Below the pieces are notes generated by a model. That model did not search any database, had not been told where the DNA came from, and worked only from the letters and a program-made list of their open reading frames with translations. Made by a program: the position numbers and the translations under genes. Below, in pieces: positions 51,840 to 62,057 of a stretch of 64,000 bases of DNA (within the stretch, counting starts at the first letter, position 1; every line of letters begins with the position of its first letter). The stretch comes from an uncultured Bacteroidota bacterium. Lineage in GTDB: Bacteria; Bacteroidota; Bacteroidia; Bacteroidales; SZUA-534. The stretch spans positions 17,277 to 81,276 of the forward strand of contig CAMKOM010000009.1 in NCBI GenBank assembly GCA_946414435.1, given 5' to 3'.

Positions 51840-52490
51840 CTACTGAATCAATCCGTCCTGCATGGTAATTGTGCGGTCAGATAGTTTGGCCAACCCCATA
51901 TCGTGAGTGACGATGACAAATGTCTGGTTGAACTTGTCGCGCAAATCGAAGAACAAACGGTGCAACTCCTCTTTGTTCATTGTGTCGAGATTGCCCGACG
52001 GCTCATCGGCAAGAATCACTTCGGGGCCGTTTATTAAGGCTCGCGCCACAGCTACGCGCTGCTGCTCACCACCCGACATCTCCCGCGGCTTATGGTTCAG
52101 ACGGTGGCCAAGGTTTAAGTATTCGAGCAGTTCGATGGCTTTGGTCTCACATTGTTTGCGGGAGCTGTTGTTTATCAGAGCCGGAATCATCACATTCTCG
52201 ACGGCCGTGAATTCAGGCAGTAGCTGATGGCCTTGGAACACGAATCCCAGATTGCGGTTGCGGAACCGTGACAATTCCTTCTCCGACAATGCTGTAACAT
52301 CAACGCCACCAATCACAACGTGGCCTTTGTCGGGGCGCAGGAGCGTGCCCACAATCTGCAGCAGCGTTGTCTTTCCTGCACCGCTCTTGCCCACTATCGA
52401 GACAATCTCGCCCTTTGCAACCTCAAGGTTGATGCCCTTCAAGACCTCAACCTCGCCATACGACTTGTGAATATCAGAAACGCTAATCAT
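51840..52490 (-). CDS. ABC transporter ATP-binding protein (LolD/MacB type)
   Basis: Walker [12 protein letters not shown], signature [15 protein letters not shown], Walker [12 protein letters not shown]. Confidence 0.85.
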   Translation of the reverse strand: MISVSDIHKSYGEVEVLKGINLEVAKGEIVSIVGKSGAGKTTLLQIVGTLLRPDKGHVVIGGVDVTALSEKELSRFRNRNLGFVFQGHQLLPEFTAVENVMIPALINNSSRKQCETKAIELLEYLNLGHRLNHKPREMSGGEQQRVAVARALINGPEVILADEPSGNLDTMNKEELHRLFFDLRDKFNQTFVIVTHDMGLAKLSDRTITMQDGLIQ

Positions 52491-52527
52491 ACCGTGTCAT
52501 TTATGCCGTAAATATAAGGTGTTGTCG

Positions 52528-52559
52528 TAAAAAAGAAAAGGCCACCTTGCGGCGGCCTT
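52528..52559 (-). terminator. rho-independent terminator after secDF
   Basis: On the minus strand: AAGGCCGCC GCAA GGTGGCCTT followed by TTCTTTTTT. Confidence 0.75.
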
Positions 52560-52580
52560 CTCAAAAATTCAATCTATGAT

Positions 52581-55500
52581 TTATTTAGCCTCTTCAGCTT
52601 TTTTAGCTTGACGGTTCAGCAAATCGTAGGTGATTGGTGTTGCCACGAACAGTGAAGAGTAAGTACCAACTGCGATACCAATCATCATTGCGAAGATGAA
52701 TCCGCGGATAACCTCGCCACCGAAGATGAAGATGATAATCAACACCATCAATGTGGTTACCGAAGTGTTGATGGTACGTGCCAATGTGCTGTTGACGGCG
52801 CCGTTCATCACATCTTGCAGGCTGCGTTTTGATTGCAGACCGATGTACTCACGGATGCGGTCGAATACAACCACGGTGTCGTTGATTGAGTAACCAACCA
52901 CCGTCAGGATGGCGGCGATGAACGATTGGTCAATCGACATTGAGAACGGCATTATGCTGTAGAGTAGCGAGTACATCGAGAACACGAACAGAGTATCGTG
53001 AACCAAGGCAACCAAACTGCCCACACCGTACTGCCATTTGCGGAAACGGAAGGCGATGTAAAGGAATATCACAATCAGCGAGAATGTGATGGCCAATGCA
53101 GCCGATGACTTGATGTCCTCAGCAATTGTGGCGCCCACCTTCTCCGAACTCATACGGTAATCCTCTTTGAAGGTCTTGTAGGTTGTACCCTCGGGCAGGA
53201 ATTTGTCTTTCAATGCCAAGTAGAACTTAACCTCGACAACATCGTCAACCGACGGCTCTTGTGTGGTGTATTGTGCAGCCTCTGCGTAATCGGCCTCAGT
53301 GGCCTCCTCGCCAGCGGCGAACAGATATTTCGAAGTGATTTTCACCTGCTCGTTGCCGCCGTAAGTCTTAACCTCAGGGGTCTGACCAATCTTCTCGGCT
53401 ATCGAGTTCTGAATCTCGATGGTGTTCACCGGCTTGTCGAAGCGAACCACGTAGGTGCGGCCACCAGTGAAATCAACACCGAAGTCAAGACCGCGAGTGC
53501 AGAGTGATATGATACCAATGAGCAGAATTGTACCCGAAATAACGTAGCAGACCTTGCGTGCGCCAATGAAGTTGAACTTGGTGTTTTTGAATGCGTTGGC
53601 GGTTGCTGCAGTTGCAAACGACGGGGTCTTGTCTTTGGCAAGCATACGCTCGAAAATCAAGCGGGTGATGAATATCGAAGTGAACAACGATGCGATGATA
53701 CCAATGCTCAGCGTAACAGCGAAACCGTGGATCGGGCCTTCGCCGAACTTGCCGAGAACAATTGCTGTAAGCAAGGTTGTGATGTTCGAGTCGAGAATTG
53801 CCGAGTAAGCATTGCTGTAACCATCTTTGATGGCCAGTTTGATGCCCTTGCCTGAGGCAATTTCCTCCTTAATACGTTCGTAGATAAGCACGTTCGAGTC
53901 GACGGCCATACCAAGTGTCAGCACAATACCGGCGATACCCGACAGTGTGAGGACTGCGCCCAGCGAAGCAAGAATGCCGAAGATGAAGAACACGTTCAAG
54001 AGCAAGGCCAGGTTTGCGGCCAAACCACCTGTACGATAGTAGCAGAGCATATAAATCAGCACTACTACGAAGGCCAGCAAGAACGACCACATACCTTTGT
54101 TGATTGACTCCTGACCGAGTGACGGACCAACGATGGTCTCTTGCTCGATGCGTGCAGGTGCCGGCATCTTACCAGATTTCAAGATGTTAGCCAAGTCCTT
54201 TGCCTCGGTAACAGTGAAGTTACCGGTGATTGACGAACGGCCTCCCTTGATTTCCGACTGAACTGTCGGGTAGCTGTATACATAGTTGTCAAGAACAATT
54301 GCAACGCTCTTGCCGATATTCTCTTTGGTAATGCGGGCCCATTTGCGAGCACCCTCAGCGTTCATACTCATCGAAACCTCCGAAACGCCACGACCTTGTG
54401 CATATTCGTCAGAAGCGTCGGTTACTACATCGCCCGAAAGAGCAGGCTGGCCGTCGCGGCTTGTAACCTTGATGGCGATAAGTTCGAAGTAGTTGCCGCC
54501 CTCGTCGAACGATTTAACGCTCCACAGCAGTTTCAGGTTGCGTGGGAACAAAGCCTTAACAAGTGGCTCGTTCAACATCGCGTTGACAGCGGCGGTATCT
54601 TTAAAGTGTGCGAAACCAACTGCTGCACCTTGACGTACGCGGCCGTCTTGTGTGTAGTACGGATTCAAAACCGAGAACAACGGGTAGTTCTTTGCAATTT
54701 CTGCATTCGAAGCATCAGCGTCAACAGTGGCAGTTGTGTCGGCAGCCAACTTGTCAATCAGCGAGTTCGACTCGGCAACAGCCTCTGCTTTCTGCTCCTC
54801 GGCAGGTGCAGCCTCTTCGGCATCTTTGTTTTCAGCCTCTTTCAAATCGTTGATTTCCTTGATTTTGGCATTGGCTTCAACCAAGTATTGCTGTACTTCT
54901 GTATTGTCGTAAGTTTCCCAGAACTCAAGGTTTGCGGTTCCCTGCAACAGTTTGCGGACACGCTCTGAATCCTTGATACCCGGCAACTCAACCAGGATGC
55001 GGCCGGTGTTGCCAAGACGTTGGATGTTTGGCTGTGCCACACCGAAACGGTCGATACGTGTACGGAGAATTTGGAACGAGTTGGCGATTGCGGCCTCAGT
55101 CTCATCACGAAGTACGTTCAAAACTTCAGCGTTGGTAGAGTTGAAATTCACCTTGTCTTTCAGCACTGTGGTGTTGAAGATGGCGGCCAACTTGGCGTTG
55201 GGGTCAATCTTCTCGAAACTCTGTCCGAACAGCGTTACAAAGTTCGTCTGTCCGCCCTCAGCCTTCTGTGCTTTCTTGGCCATCTCGATAGCCTCAAGGA
55301 AAGTGGTGTCGGTACTGTAGTTCGACAGTGACTTGATGACATCAACCACGCTCACCTCAAGAATGACGTTCATACCGCCCTTCAGGTCAAGGCCAAGGTT
55401 AATCTCACGCTCCTTGCATTCACGATAAGTGAAATCCTTCAGGAAGAAGAAGTTATAAACTGGAACACTCGCCAAAGAGTCAAGATAGTTGTTGTACTTG

Positions 55501-55646
55501 ACAAGGTTCAAATTGCCGTCGGCCTCAGTTGCGAATGCTGTGGCCTTCTTCTCTTCACGCGTTGTTACTACTGTAAAAAACAATTGATACAGGCACACTA
55601 ATACGAGTGCGATAGCAACAAATCTAATAGCTCCTTTATTCTGCAT
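52581..55646 (-). CDS. secDF: protein translocase subunit SecDF (fused)
   Basis: 1021 aa with two 6-TM SecD/SecF modules and a large periplasmic domain (LGLDLKGGMNV). This fusion is typical of Bacteroidota. Confidence 0.9.
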   Translation of the reverse strand: MQNKGAIRFVAIALVLVCLYQLFFTVVTTREEKKATAFATEADGNLNLVKYNNYLDSLASVPVYNFFFLKDFTYRECKEREINLGLDLKGGMNVILEVSVVDVIKSLSNYSTDTTFLEAIEMAKKAQKAEGGQTNFVTLFGQSFEKIDPNAKLAAIFNTTVLKDKVNFNSTNAEVLNVLRDETEAAIANSFQILRTRIDRFGVAQPNIQRLGNTGRILVELPGIKDSERVRKLLQGTANLEFWETYDNTEVQQYLVEANAKIKEINDLKEAENKDAEEAAPAEEQKAEAVAESNSLIDKLAADTTATVDADASNAEIAKNYPLFSVLNPYYTQDGRVRQGAAVGFAHFKDTAAVNAMLNEPLVKALFPRNLKLLWSVKSFDEGGNYFELIAIKVTSRDGQPALSGDVVTDASDEYAQGRGVSEVSMSMNAEGARKWARITKENIGKSVAIVLDNYVYSYPTVQSEIKGGRSSITGNFTVTEAKDLANILKSGKMPAPARIEQETIVGPSLGQESINKGMWSFLLAFVVVLIYMLCYYRTGGLAANLALLLNVFFIFGILASLGAVLTLSGIAGIVLTLGMAVDSNVLIYERIKEEIASGKGIKLAIKDGYSNAYSAILDSNITTLLTAIVLGKFGEGPIHGFAVTLSIGIIASLFTSIFITRLIFERMLAKDKTPSFATAATANAFKNTKFNFIGARKVCYVISGTILLIGIISLCTRGLDFGVDFTGGRTYVVRFDKPVNTIEIQNSIAEKIGQTPEVKTYGGNEQVKITSKYLFAAGEEATEADYAEAAQYTTQEPSVDDVVEVKFYLALKDKFLPEGTTYKTFKEDYRMSSEKVGATIAEDIKSSAALAITFSLIVIFLYIAFRFRKWQYGVGSLVALVHDTLFVFSMYSLLYSIMPFSMSIDQSFIAAILTVVGYSINDTVVVFDRIREYIGLQSKRSLQDVMNGAVNSTLARTINTSVTTLMVLIIIFIFGGEVIRGFIFAMMIGIAVGTYSSLFVATPITYDLLNRQAKKAEEAK

Positions 55647-55860
55647 TTTTAAATAGTTATTTGATTTCCAAAATGTTTGTCCGGCAACGCCGGTTTTTTC
55701 TTAAAGCACGCAAATATATCGGTTTTTTTAAAAAAGCGAAACAAAATTACTCCGCTCGTGATTGTTGTTGAACTATTGTCGTAAATTGATATAAATTAGT
55801 ACTTTAGATTTTACAACCGATGAATGCCGGATTTTCCCTTTATACCTATTATATAATGAA

Positions 55861-55885
55861 AGAGCCGCACGGATAATGCGGCTCT
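55861..55885 (-). terminator. probable terminator hairpin after rho
   Basis: AGAGCCGCA / TGCGGCTCT 9-bp stem 18 nt downstream of the rho stop. The T-tract is weak (TTCATT). Confidence 0.5.
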
Positions 55886-55902
55886 GTTCAAATGTTGTTT
55901 CG

Positions 55903-57714
55903 TTATGAATTCATCGAGATGAAAAACTCCTCGTTGTTGCGCGTTCTGGCCAGGCGGTCGCGAAGGAACTGCATAGCCTCAACCGAGTTCATATCCGACA
56001 GGTGGTTACGCAGAACCCACATACGGCTCAGTGTGTCTTTGTCCACAAGTAGGTCGTCGCGACGAGTGCTGCTCAAGTTGATATCGACAGCCGGGTAGAT
56101 GCGTTTGTTCGACAGCTTGCGGTCGAGTTGCAACTCCATATTGCCGGTTCCCTTGAACTCCTCGAAAATCACCTCGTCCATCTTCGAACCCGTTTCGGTC
56201 AGGGCTGTTGCCAGAATGGTGAGCGAACCGCCGTTCTCGATGTTACGGGCTGCGCCGAAGAAGCGTTTCGGCTTGTGAAGCGCGTTAGCGTCGACACCAC
56301 CCGAAAGCACCTTGCCCGAAGCCGGCGAGACAGTGTTGTAGGCTCGCGCCAAACGGGTTATAGAGTCGAGCAGGATGACCACATCGTGGCCGCACTCAAC
56401 AAGGCGTTTGGCCTTCTCAAGCACAATTGACGACACTTTCACGTGTTTCTCGGCCGGCTCGTCAAATGTCGATGCAATGACCTCGCCATTCACGCTGCGA
56501 GCCATATCGGTAACCTCCTCAGGGCGCTCGTCAATGAGCAGAACGATAAGGTAAACCTCAGGGTGATTATATGAGATTGCGTTTGCTATCTCTTTGAGTA
56601 ATACGGTTTTACCAGTCTTTGGCTGAGCCACAATCAAACCGCGCTGTCCCTTGCCTATCGGCGAGAACATATCGACAACACGTGTCGAAATTGAGCACTG
56701 CGGATGGCTTGTGAGGTCGAATTTCTCTTCAGGGAAGAGCGGTGTGAGGAAGTCAAACGGCACGCGGTCGCGGATGCTCTCGGGCGTGCAGCCGTTGATG
56801 GTCTCAACCTTGATAAGCGGGAAATATTTCTCGCCGTCTTTCGGCGGACGGATTGTTCCGGTAACGGTGTCGCCGGTTTTCAGTCCGAAAAGTTTTATCT
56901 GCGACTGGCTGACATAAACGTCGTCGGGCGAGTTCAAATAGTTGTAGTCCGACGAGCGTAGGAAGCCGTAGCCGTCTTGCATCAGTTCGAGAACGCCAGT
57001 TGCGTTGATGAGTTGGTCGAACTCATATTTCGTTTTGTCATCCTCCTTCGGCTGAGCGTTGTTATTGTTCTGATTCTGAGGTTGGTTTTGCGGTTGATTT
57101 TGGCTGTGATTGTCGCGCGCTCCGTTTTGCTGACGGTGCTGATGACGCTGAAAATCGTTCGGTTGCTGGAATTCTCGGCGCTGTGCCGGCTCGGTAGCTG
57201 CGTGTTCACCCTCGGCTGTTGCGTCGGCGTAGTTTGGTTGAGCCGGTGCTGTCGGTTTCTGACCAAACGACCGAGCATCGCGTTCCTGACGCGGATAACG
57301 CGTCCAGAATTTCTCGGCAGGCGAATTGGTCGCTTGCGTTTGAGAGGCCGCCGATGATGGTGCCGGTGTCGGTTCGTCATCGTCGATACGGTTGCGGTCG
57401 GCGTACGACGGCACAGTAATTACACGTTTGGGTGCTTCTGGCTTATCGGTTGTCGCCTCGTTATCGCCATTGAGCGAAACGCCCATCACACGCTCGGCAC
57501 GTCCGCCAAGACGGGTACGTTTGCGCGGCTGACGGTCGGCATTGTCGGCCGACGGCTCGGCACTTTTGCCTGCTTGAGCGCCTTGCACCTCAAGGATTTT
57601 GCTGATTAACTCTTTTTTCTTCAGTAGTTCGACTCGTTTCATCCCCAAGCCTTTGGCAATGATACGTAACTCGGGAAGAAGTTTGTCGTTCAACGACAAA
57701 TTATCGTAATTCAT
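55903..57714 (-). CDS. rho: transcription termination factor Rho with ~190-aa disordered insertion after the N-terminal helix bundle
   Basis: Rho_N start ([14 protein letters not shown]), CSD region ([15 protein letters not shown]), Walker A (AQPKTGKT) and the C-terminal ATPase core. The insertion is A/P/Q/R/E-rich with a [15 protein letters not shown] tract. Confidence 0.95.
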   Translation of the reverse strand: MNYDNLSLNDKLLPELRIIAKGLGMKRVELLKKKELISKILEVQGAQAGKSAEPSADNADRQPRKRTRLGGRAERVMGVSLNGDNEATTDKPEAPKRVITVPSYADRNRIDDDEPTPAPSSAASQTQATNSPAEKFWTRYPRQERDARSFGQKPTAPAQPNYADATAEGEHAATEPAQRREFQQPNDFQRHQHRQQNGARDNHSQNQPQNQPQNQNNNNAQPKEDDKTKYEFDQLINATGVLELMQDGYGFLRSSDYNYLNSPDDVYVSQSQIKLFGLKTGDTVTGTIRPPKDGEKYFPLIKVETINGCTPESIRDRVPFDFLTPLFPEEKFDLTSHPQCSISTRVVDMFSPIGKGQRGLIVAQPKTGKTVLLKEIANAISYNHPEVYLIVLLIDERPEEVTDMARSVNGEVIASTFDEPAEKHVKVSSIVLEKAKRLVECGHDVVILLDSITRLARAYNTVSPASGKVLSGGVDANALHKPKRFFGAARNIENGGSLTILATALTETGSKMDEVIFEEFKGTGNMELQLDRKLSNKRIYPAVDINLSSTRRDDLLVDKDTLSRMWVLRNHLSDMNSVEAMQFLRDRLARTRNNEEFFISMNS

Positions 57715-58040
57715 AAGATAAGTGATTGTAATAAAATTGATTACAAAGTTTTATTGATTATTCTAAAAGGAATTCACAAATAATGAATTGATTTTGTTTG
57801 GATAGAACTATCCGCGCCTTTTGAAAACGTTGCAATTTTAGTGATAAATTGCTTTCGTGCAAACAAAATGAAGAAAAAGTTTTTGGAATATCAATGACGG
57901 GGTAGGTTGTATATTATATTGTATATTTCGATGTGATCGATAGGTTTCTTATGCTTATTTGTCGTTCATTGTATCTTGCAATAAACCACCCAATGTGCAT
58001 AAAAAGCGTTTTTTTTTAGGCATTATCTGACATTCACACC

Positions 58041-58048
58041 TATATTTG
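58041..58048 (+). promoter_or_regulatory. candidate -7 promoter box (TATATTTG)
   Basis: TAnnTTTG match 18 nt upstream of ATG 58066. Confidence 0.5.
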
Positions 58049-58065
58049 AAAAATTTCTGACTGAT

Positions 58066-60528
58066 ATGGCAAGTTATTCTATAGGCGACATTGCCGCTGT
58101 GGTTGGCGGCAAGTTGACACGCGGTTCGGGCGGCAACATCTCTCACATTCTGATTGACAGCCGCAAGGTGGTTTTTGCCCGCGAGAGCCTGTTTTTTGCG
58201 CTCAAAGGCACCCGCAACGACGGGCACCGCTTCATCACCGAACTTTACAAGTCGGGCGTGCGCAATTTTGTGGTGGACCATCTGCCACAAAATGTTGAAA
58301 GTTACCAATATGCGAACTTCATTGTTGTTGAGAACACGCTGAAGGCGCTGCACCAACTTGTCAGTTGGCACCGTCAGAAGATGACAATGCCTGTGGTGGG
58401 CATCACTGGCAGCAACGGCAAGACGATTGTGAAGGAATGGGCTTGCAAATGCCTTGCACCCGAGAAGTTAATTGCCCGAAACCCAAAGAGTTATAATAGT
58501 CAGATTGGTGTTCCGCTGTCGGTTTGGCTGCTTCAGCCCGACAACAATCTGGGCATTTTCGAAGCGGGCATTTCGCAGCCTGGCGAGATGGATGCGCTTG
58601 AGAACATCATCCGCCCCGACATTGGCATTTTCACTAACATCGGCGACGCCCACCAAGAGAATTTCACAAGCATTGAGCAGAAACTGACCGAGAAACTGAA
58701 ACTTTTCAAAAACGCCAAAGTTTTGATTTTTGGCGCTGACAATCAGTTAGTTCGCGAGAAGATAAAGGCGACCGTTAATCCTGAAACAAAACTGTTCACT
58801 TGGGGCACACAGCCCGATGTGAATCTGTATGTGGAATCGGTTGATTATCAGCCAACAAATGCTACCATCCACGCAATGTACAACAACGAGCGGTTTGCGG
58901 CGCAGATTCCGTTTGCCGACAAGGCTTCGGTTGAAAACGCCTTGCAGGTTTGGTCGCTGATGTTGGTCTTTGGTTATGATAATCAGACAATTGTGCAGCG
59001 GCTGGCCACCATTGAGCCAATCGCTATGCGCCTTGAACTGAAGGAAGGCAACAACAACTGCTCGATAATCAACGACAGTTACAACTGCGATATGGAATCG
59101 CTGCGGATTGCGCTCGACTACCTGAGCGTGCAGAATCAGCACCCGCAGAAAGTTTTGATTTTGAGCGATATAGAACAGAGCGGTTACACCAAAAGCGACC
59201 TTTACCACCACATTGCAGTGCTCATCAGGCAGAAAAACATTGACCGACTGATTGGTATCGGTCAGGATATCAAGTCTTTCTCGAACTTTTTCGACCTGCG
59301 CAAGGATTTCTTCGCCACCACGCAGGATTTTCTTGACCACTTCGATTTCAGCAAGATACAGAACGCGTCGGTGCTGCTGAAGGGCGCGCGGTCGTTCAGT
59401 TTCGAGCGTATTTCGACGGTTTTGCAGAAGCAGTCGCACCAAACGGTGATGGCCATCGACCTTTCGGCAATGGAACATAACTTGAACTATTTCAAGAGTT
59501 TGCTGAAGCCAACAACCGAAATGTGCTGTATGCTGAAGGCGTTTGCCTACGGAAGCGGTACGCACGAAATCGCCAATCTGTGTCAGTATCAGCGAGTTGC
59601 TATGATTGCTGTGGCTTTCGCCGACGAAGGCGTTGAGTTGCGCCGCGACGGCATTCACATTCCAATTCTGGTGCTCAACCCCGAGCGCGACAGTTTTGCG
59701 CAGATGATTGAGTATCGACTTGAGCCCGAAGTGTATAACTATGTGACGCTCAACACTTTCAATCAAGCGGTTTTGGATGCTGGGCAGACCGATTATCCAA
59801 TCCACTTGAAACTCGACACAGGTATGCACCGCAGCGGTTTTATGCCCGACGACACCGATAATGTGATTAATGCCATTCATAATGCCAAAGGCTTGAAAAT
59901 AAAAACAATATTCTCGCACCTTGCCACCGCCGACGAGTACGACCAAGACGATTACACGCTGTCGCAGTTGAACACTTTCGAGACGATGAGCAGCGCTATA
60001 ATGGCCAAAATGGACTATCCAATTAAGCGCCACATACTGAATTCGGCTGGCATTGAGCGCTTTGCCGACAAATGGCAGTACGATATGGTGCGCCTTGGAA
60101 TCGGCCTTTACGGCCTGAGTGTTGCGGGTGCGCAGTTGCAGCCCATCGCCACACTGACAAGTTCATTGGCGCAAATAAAGCACCTGCCCGCAGGAACAAC
60201 CGTGGGTTACAGCCGTCGTGGCAAGCTGACGCGCGATTCCGACATTGCCACCGTGCCAATCGGTTACGCCGACGGTCTGCGCCGATGCTTGGGCAACGGA
60301 AACGGAAAACTCTGGTACAAAGGCCATTTGGTGCCGATTGTGGGCAACATCTGTATGGATATTTGTATGGTCGATGTCACTGGCCTTGATGCACACGAAG
60401 GCGACCCGATTGAGATTTTCGGCAAGAACCTGCCCATCACGCAAGTGGCCGAATGGATGAACACCATTCCGTACGAAGTGCTGACGGGCATTTCAAGGCG
60501 CGTGAAACGGACGTATGAGTATGAATGA
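58066..60528 (+). CDS. murF-alr: bifunctional UDP-N-acetylmuramoyl-tripeptide--D-alanyl-D-alanine ligase / alanine racemase
   Basis: N-terminal Mur ligase (GITGSNGKTIVKEW) fused to a C-terminal PLP alanine racemase (MLKAFAYGSG with the PLP Lys; VGYADGLRR). Confidence 0.9.
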   Translation: MASYSIGDIAAVVGGKLTRGSGGNISHILIDSRKVVFARESLFFALKGTRNDGHRFITELYKSGVRNFVVDHLPQNVESYQYANFIVVENTLKALHQLVSWHRQKMTMPVVGITGSNGKTIVKEWACKCLAPEKLIARNPKSYNSQIGVPLSVWLLQPDNNLGIFEAGISQPGEMDALENIIRPDIGIFTNIGDAHQENFTSIEQKLTEKLKLFKNAKVLIFGADNQLVREKIKATVNPETKLFTWGTQPDVNLYVESVDYQPTNATIHAMYNNERFAAQIPFADKASVENALQVWSLMLVFGYDNQTIVQRLATIEPIAMRLELKEGNNNCSIINDSYNCDMESLRIALDYLSVQNQHPQKVLILSDIEQSGYTKSDLYHHIAVLIRQKNIDRLIGIGQDIKSFSNFFDLRKDFFATTQDFLDHFDFSKIQNASVLLKGARSFSFERISTVLQKQSHQTVMAIDLSAMEHNLNYFKSLLKPTTEMCCMLKAFAYGSGTHEIANLCQYQRVAMIAVAFADEGVELRRDGIHIPILVLNPERDSFAQMIEYRLEPEVYNYVTLNTFNQAVLDAGQTDYPIHLKLDTGMHRSGFMPDDTDNVINAIHNAKGLKIKTIFSHLATADEYDQDDYTLSQLNTFETMSSAIMAKMDYPIKRHILNSAGIERFADKWQYDMVRLGIGLYGLSVAGAQLQPIATLTSSLAQIKHLPAGTTVGYSRRGKLTRDSDIATVPIGYADGLRRCLGNGNGKLWYKGHLVPIVGNICMDICMVDVTGLDAHEGDPIEIFGKNLPITQVAEWMNTIPYEVLTGISRRVKRTYEYE

Positions 60529-60655
60529 TAAGTGTTTAGTGTTTAGAGGTGAGAGGTGAGAAGTTGTTTCATATTATTCTCATAGTGCACAATCGCTTCT
60601 TATAAAAACTTATAACTCAAAAACTTAAAACTTAAGACTTAAAACATAATCGGCT

Positions 60656-62026
60656 ATGAATTTCAGATTTTATGCGATTGCCGCAATCGGGTTGATATTT
60701 AGTAACATAAGTGCATCGGCGCAGACCGACACTTCAAAAGTTTACGTATTTCTTGAAAATATGCCCGATGCCGGCATTTATCTGCCTGCACCGCCCGACA
60801 CGTCGAGCCTTGAGTATGCCGATGATGTGATTCAGTGGCAGTGGGGCAAGACCGTCCGCAACACGCCGCGTGGCGCAATGGCCAACCGCGACGGCAAGTG
60901 GGGGCACGAGATTATGGCTGAAATCTATTCGGGCGTTTTCGGGTTCACAATCTGCGAAGACAGCACGCCCGCCATTTGGAAATTGCTTGTAAAGGCTTCG
61001 TACACAGGCCATTTCAGCACCACGAAGGCTAAACGGAAATATATGCGCACGCGTCCGTTCGCACAGTTCAACGAGCATACGTGGTCGGAATTCGACGACG
61101 ATGAAGAGCTGCGCCACAACGGCTCGTACCCGTCGGGGCATACATCGCTTTCGTGGTCGATGGCGCTGGTTTTTGCCGAGATGGTGCCCGAACTGCAAGA
61201 CACCATTTTGCGGCGCGCCTATCAGTATGCCGAGAGCCGCGTGATTGTGGGGGCGCACTATCAGAGCGACATTGAAGCCGGTAAGCTGGCGGCTTCGGCA
61301 GGTGTGGCAAGCATTCACACAAGTCCGTTCTTCCTGGCCGATTTGCAGGCTGCCCGCGCCGAATACAACCGCATTAAAGGTTTGAAAAACACACCAATAA
61401 CAAACGCAATGCCCGATGGGCGGAAAATTCTCGATTCGCCCGTCGATACCATTAGCCGCCGCTTTTATGGCGATGTGGCGCAGTATTGGCAGTCGAAGGC
61501 CGAACGCGGCACAGAGCGCGGCCGTCAGGCCATTGCCGATGCCGATGGCAGTTTCGACGCTCTGCTGGCCGGATTCAGCGTTCCTGCCGGTTTTGAGATT
61601 AGCCAAAAGGCAACGCCTGCGCTTGCAGCTCTTTTATCGGCTGCTAGCAAAGCGTTGACCGATAATGCAACCCAAATGAAAGCCACTGCTTTCCGTAAGC
61701 GCCCCTATGTGCAGTTCGGCGAGCCGACGCTCATTCCCGAAGCCGAAGATTCCACAGCGCAAACGTCGAGTTATCTGTCGGCCACAGCCGAAGTGGGATG
61801 GGGACTGGCTCTTTTGCTCGCAGAAATAGTCCCGGAACACCAAAACGAGATTCTCACGCGTGGATTTGAATACGGACGTAGCCGCGTAATTGCCGGATAC
61901 AACTACGCTAGCGATGTTCAGGCAAGTCGCGTTATGGCCGCTTGCGTTGTGGCGCACATTCATGCTAATGCCGATTTCAAAAAGTTGATTGAAAAGGCAA
62001 AGAAAGAGCGCGAAAAGAAAAAGTAG
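60656..62026 (+). CDS. secreted class A acid phosphatase (PAP2) with a second, degenerate PAP2-like domain
   Basis: Domain 1 has KRKYMRTRPF, SYPSGHTSLSW and SRVIVGAHYQSDIEAG. Domain 2 has FRKRPYVQF, SYLSATAEVGW and SRVIAGYNYASDVQAS, so both catalytic His are replaced. Confidence 0.75.
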   Translation: MNFRFYAIAAIGLIFSNISASAQTDTSKVYVFLENMPDAGIYLPAPPDTSSLEYADDVIQWQWGKTVRNTPRGAMANRDGKWGHEIMAEIYSGVFGFTICEDSTPAIWKLLVKASYTGHFSTTKAKRKYMRTRPFAQFNEHTWSEFDDDEELRHNGSYPSGHTSLSWSMALVFAEMVPELQDTILRRAYQYAESRVIVGAHYQSDIEAGKLAASAGVASIHTSPFFLADLQAARAEYNRIKGLKNTPITNAMPDGRKILDSPVDTISRRFYGDVAQYWQSKAERGTERGRQAIADADGSFDALLAGFSVPAGFEISQKATPALAALLSAASKALTDNATQMKATAFRKRPYVQFGEPTLIPEAEDSTAQTSSYLSATAEVGWGLALLLAEIVPEHQNEILTRGFEYGRSRVIAGYNYASDVQASRVMAACVVAHIHANADFKKLIEKAKKEREKKK

Positions 62027-62057
62027 GAAGTGTTTCCAAATCTGCAGTGACGTAAAA

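Noticed and set aside
55681-55700. CCGGC-AAC-GCCGG followed by TTTTTT looks like a plus-strand terminator upstream of secDF.
   Set aside because: No plus-strand gene ends nearby, and on the relevant minus strand the T-run precedes the hairpin. It may be incidental, or a leader structure of secDF, so I do not call it.
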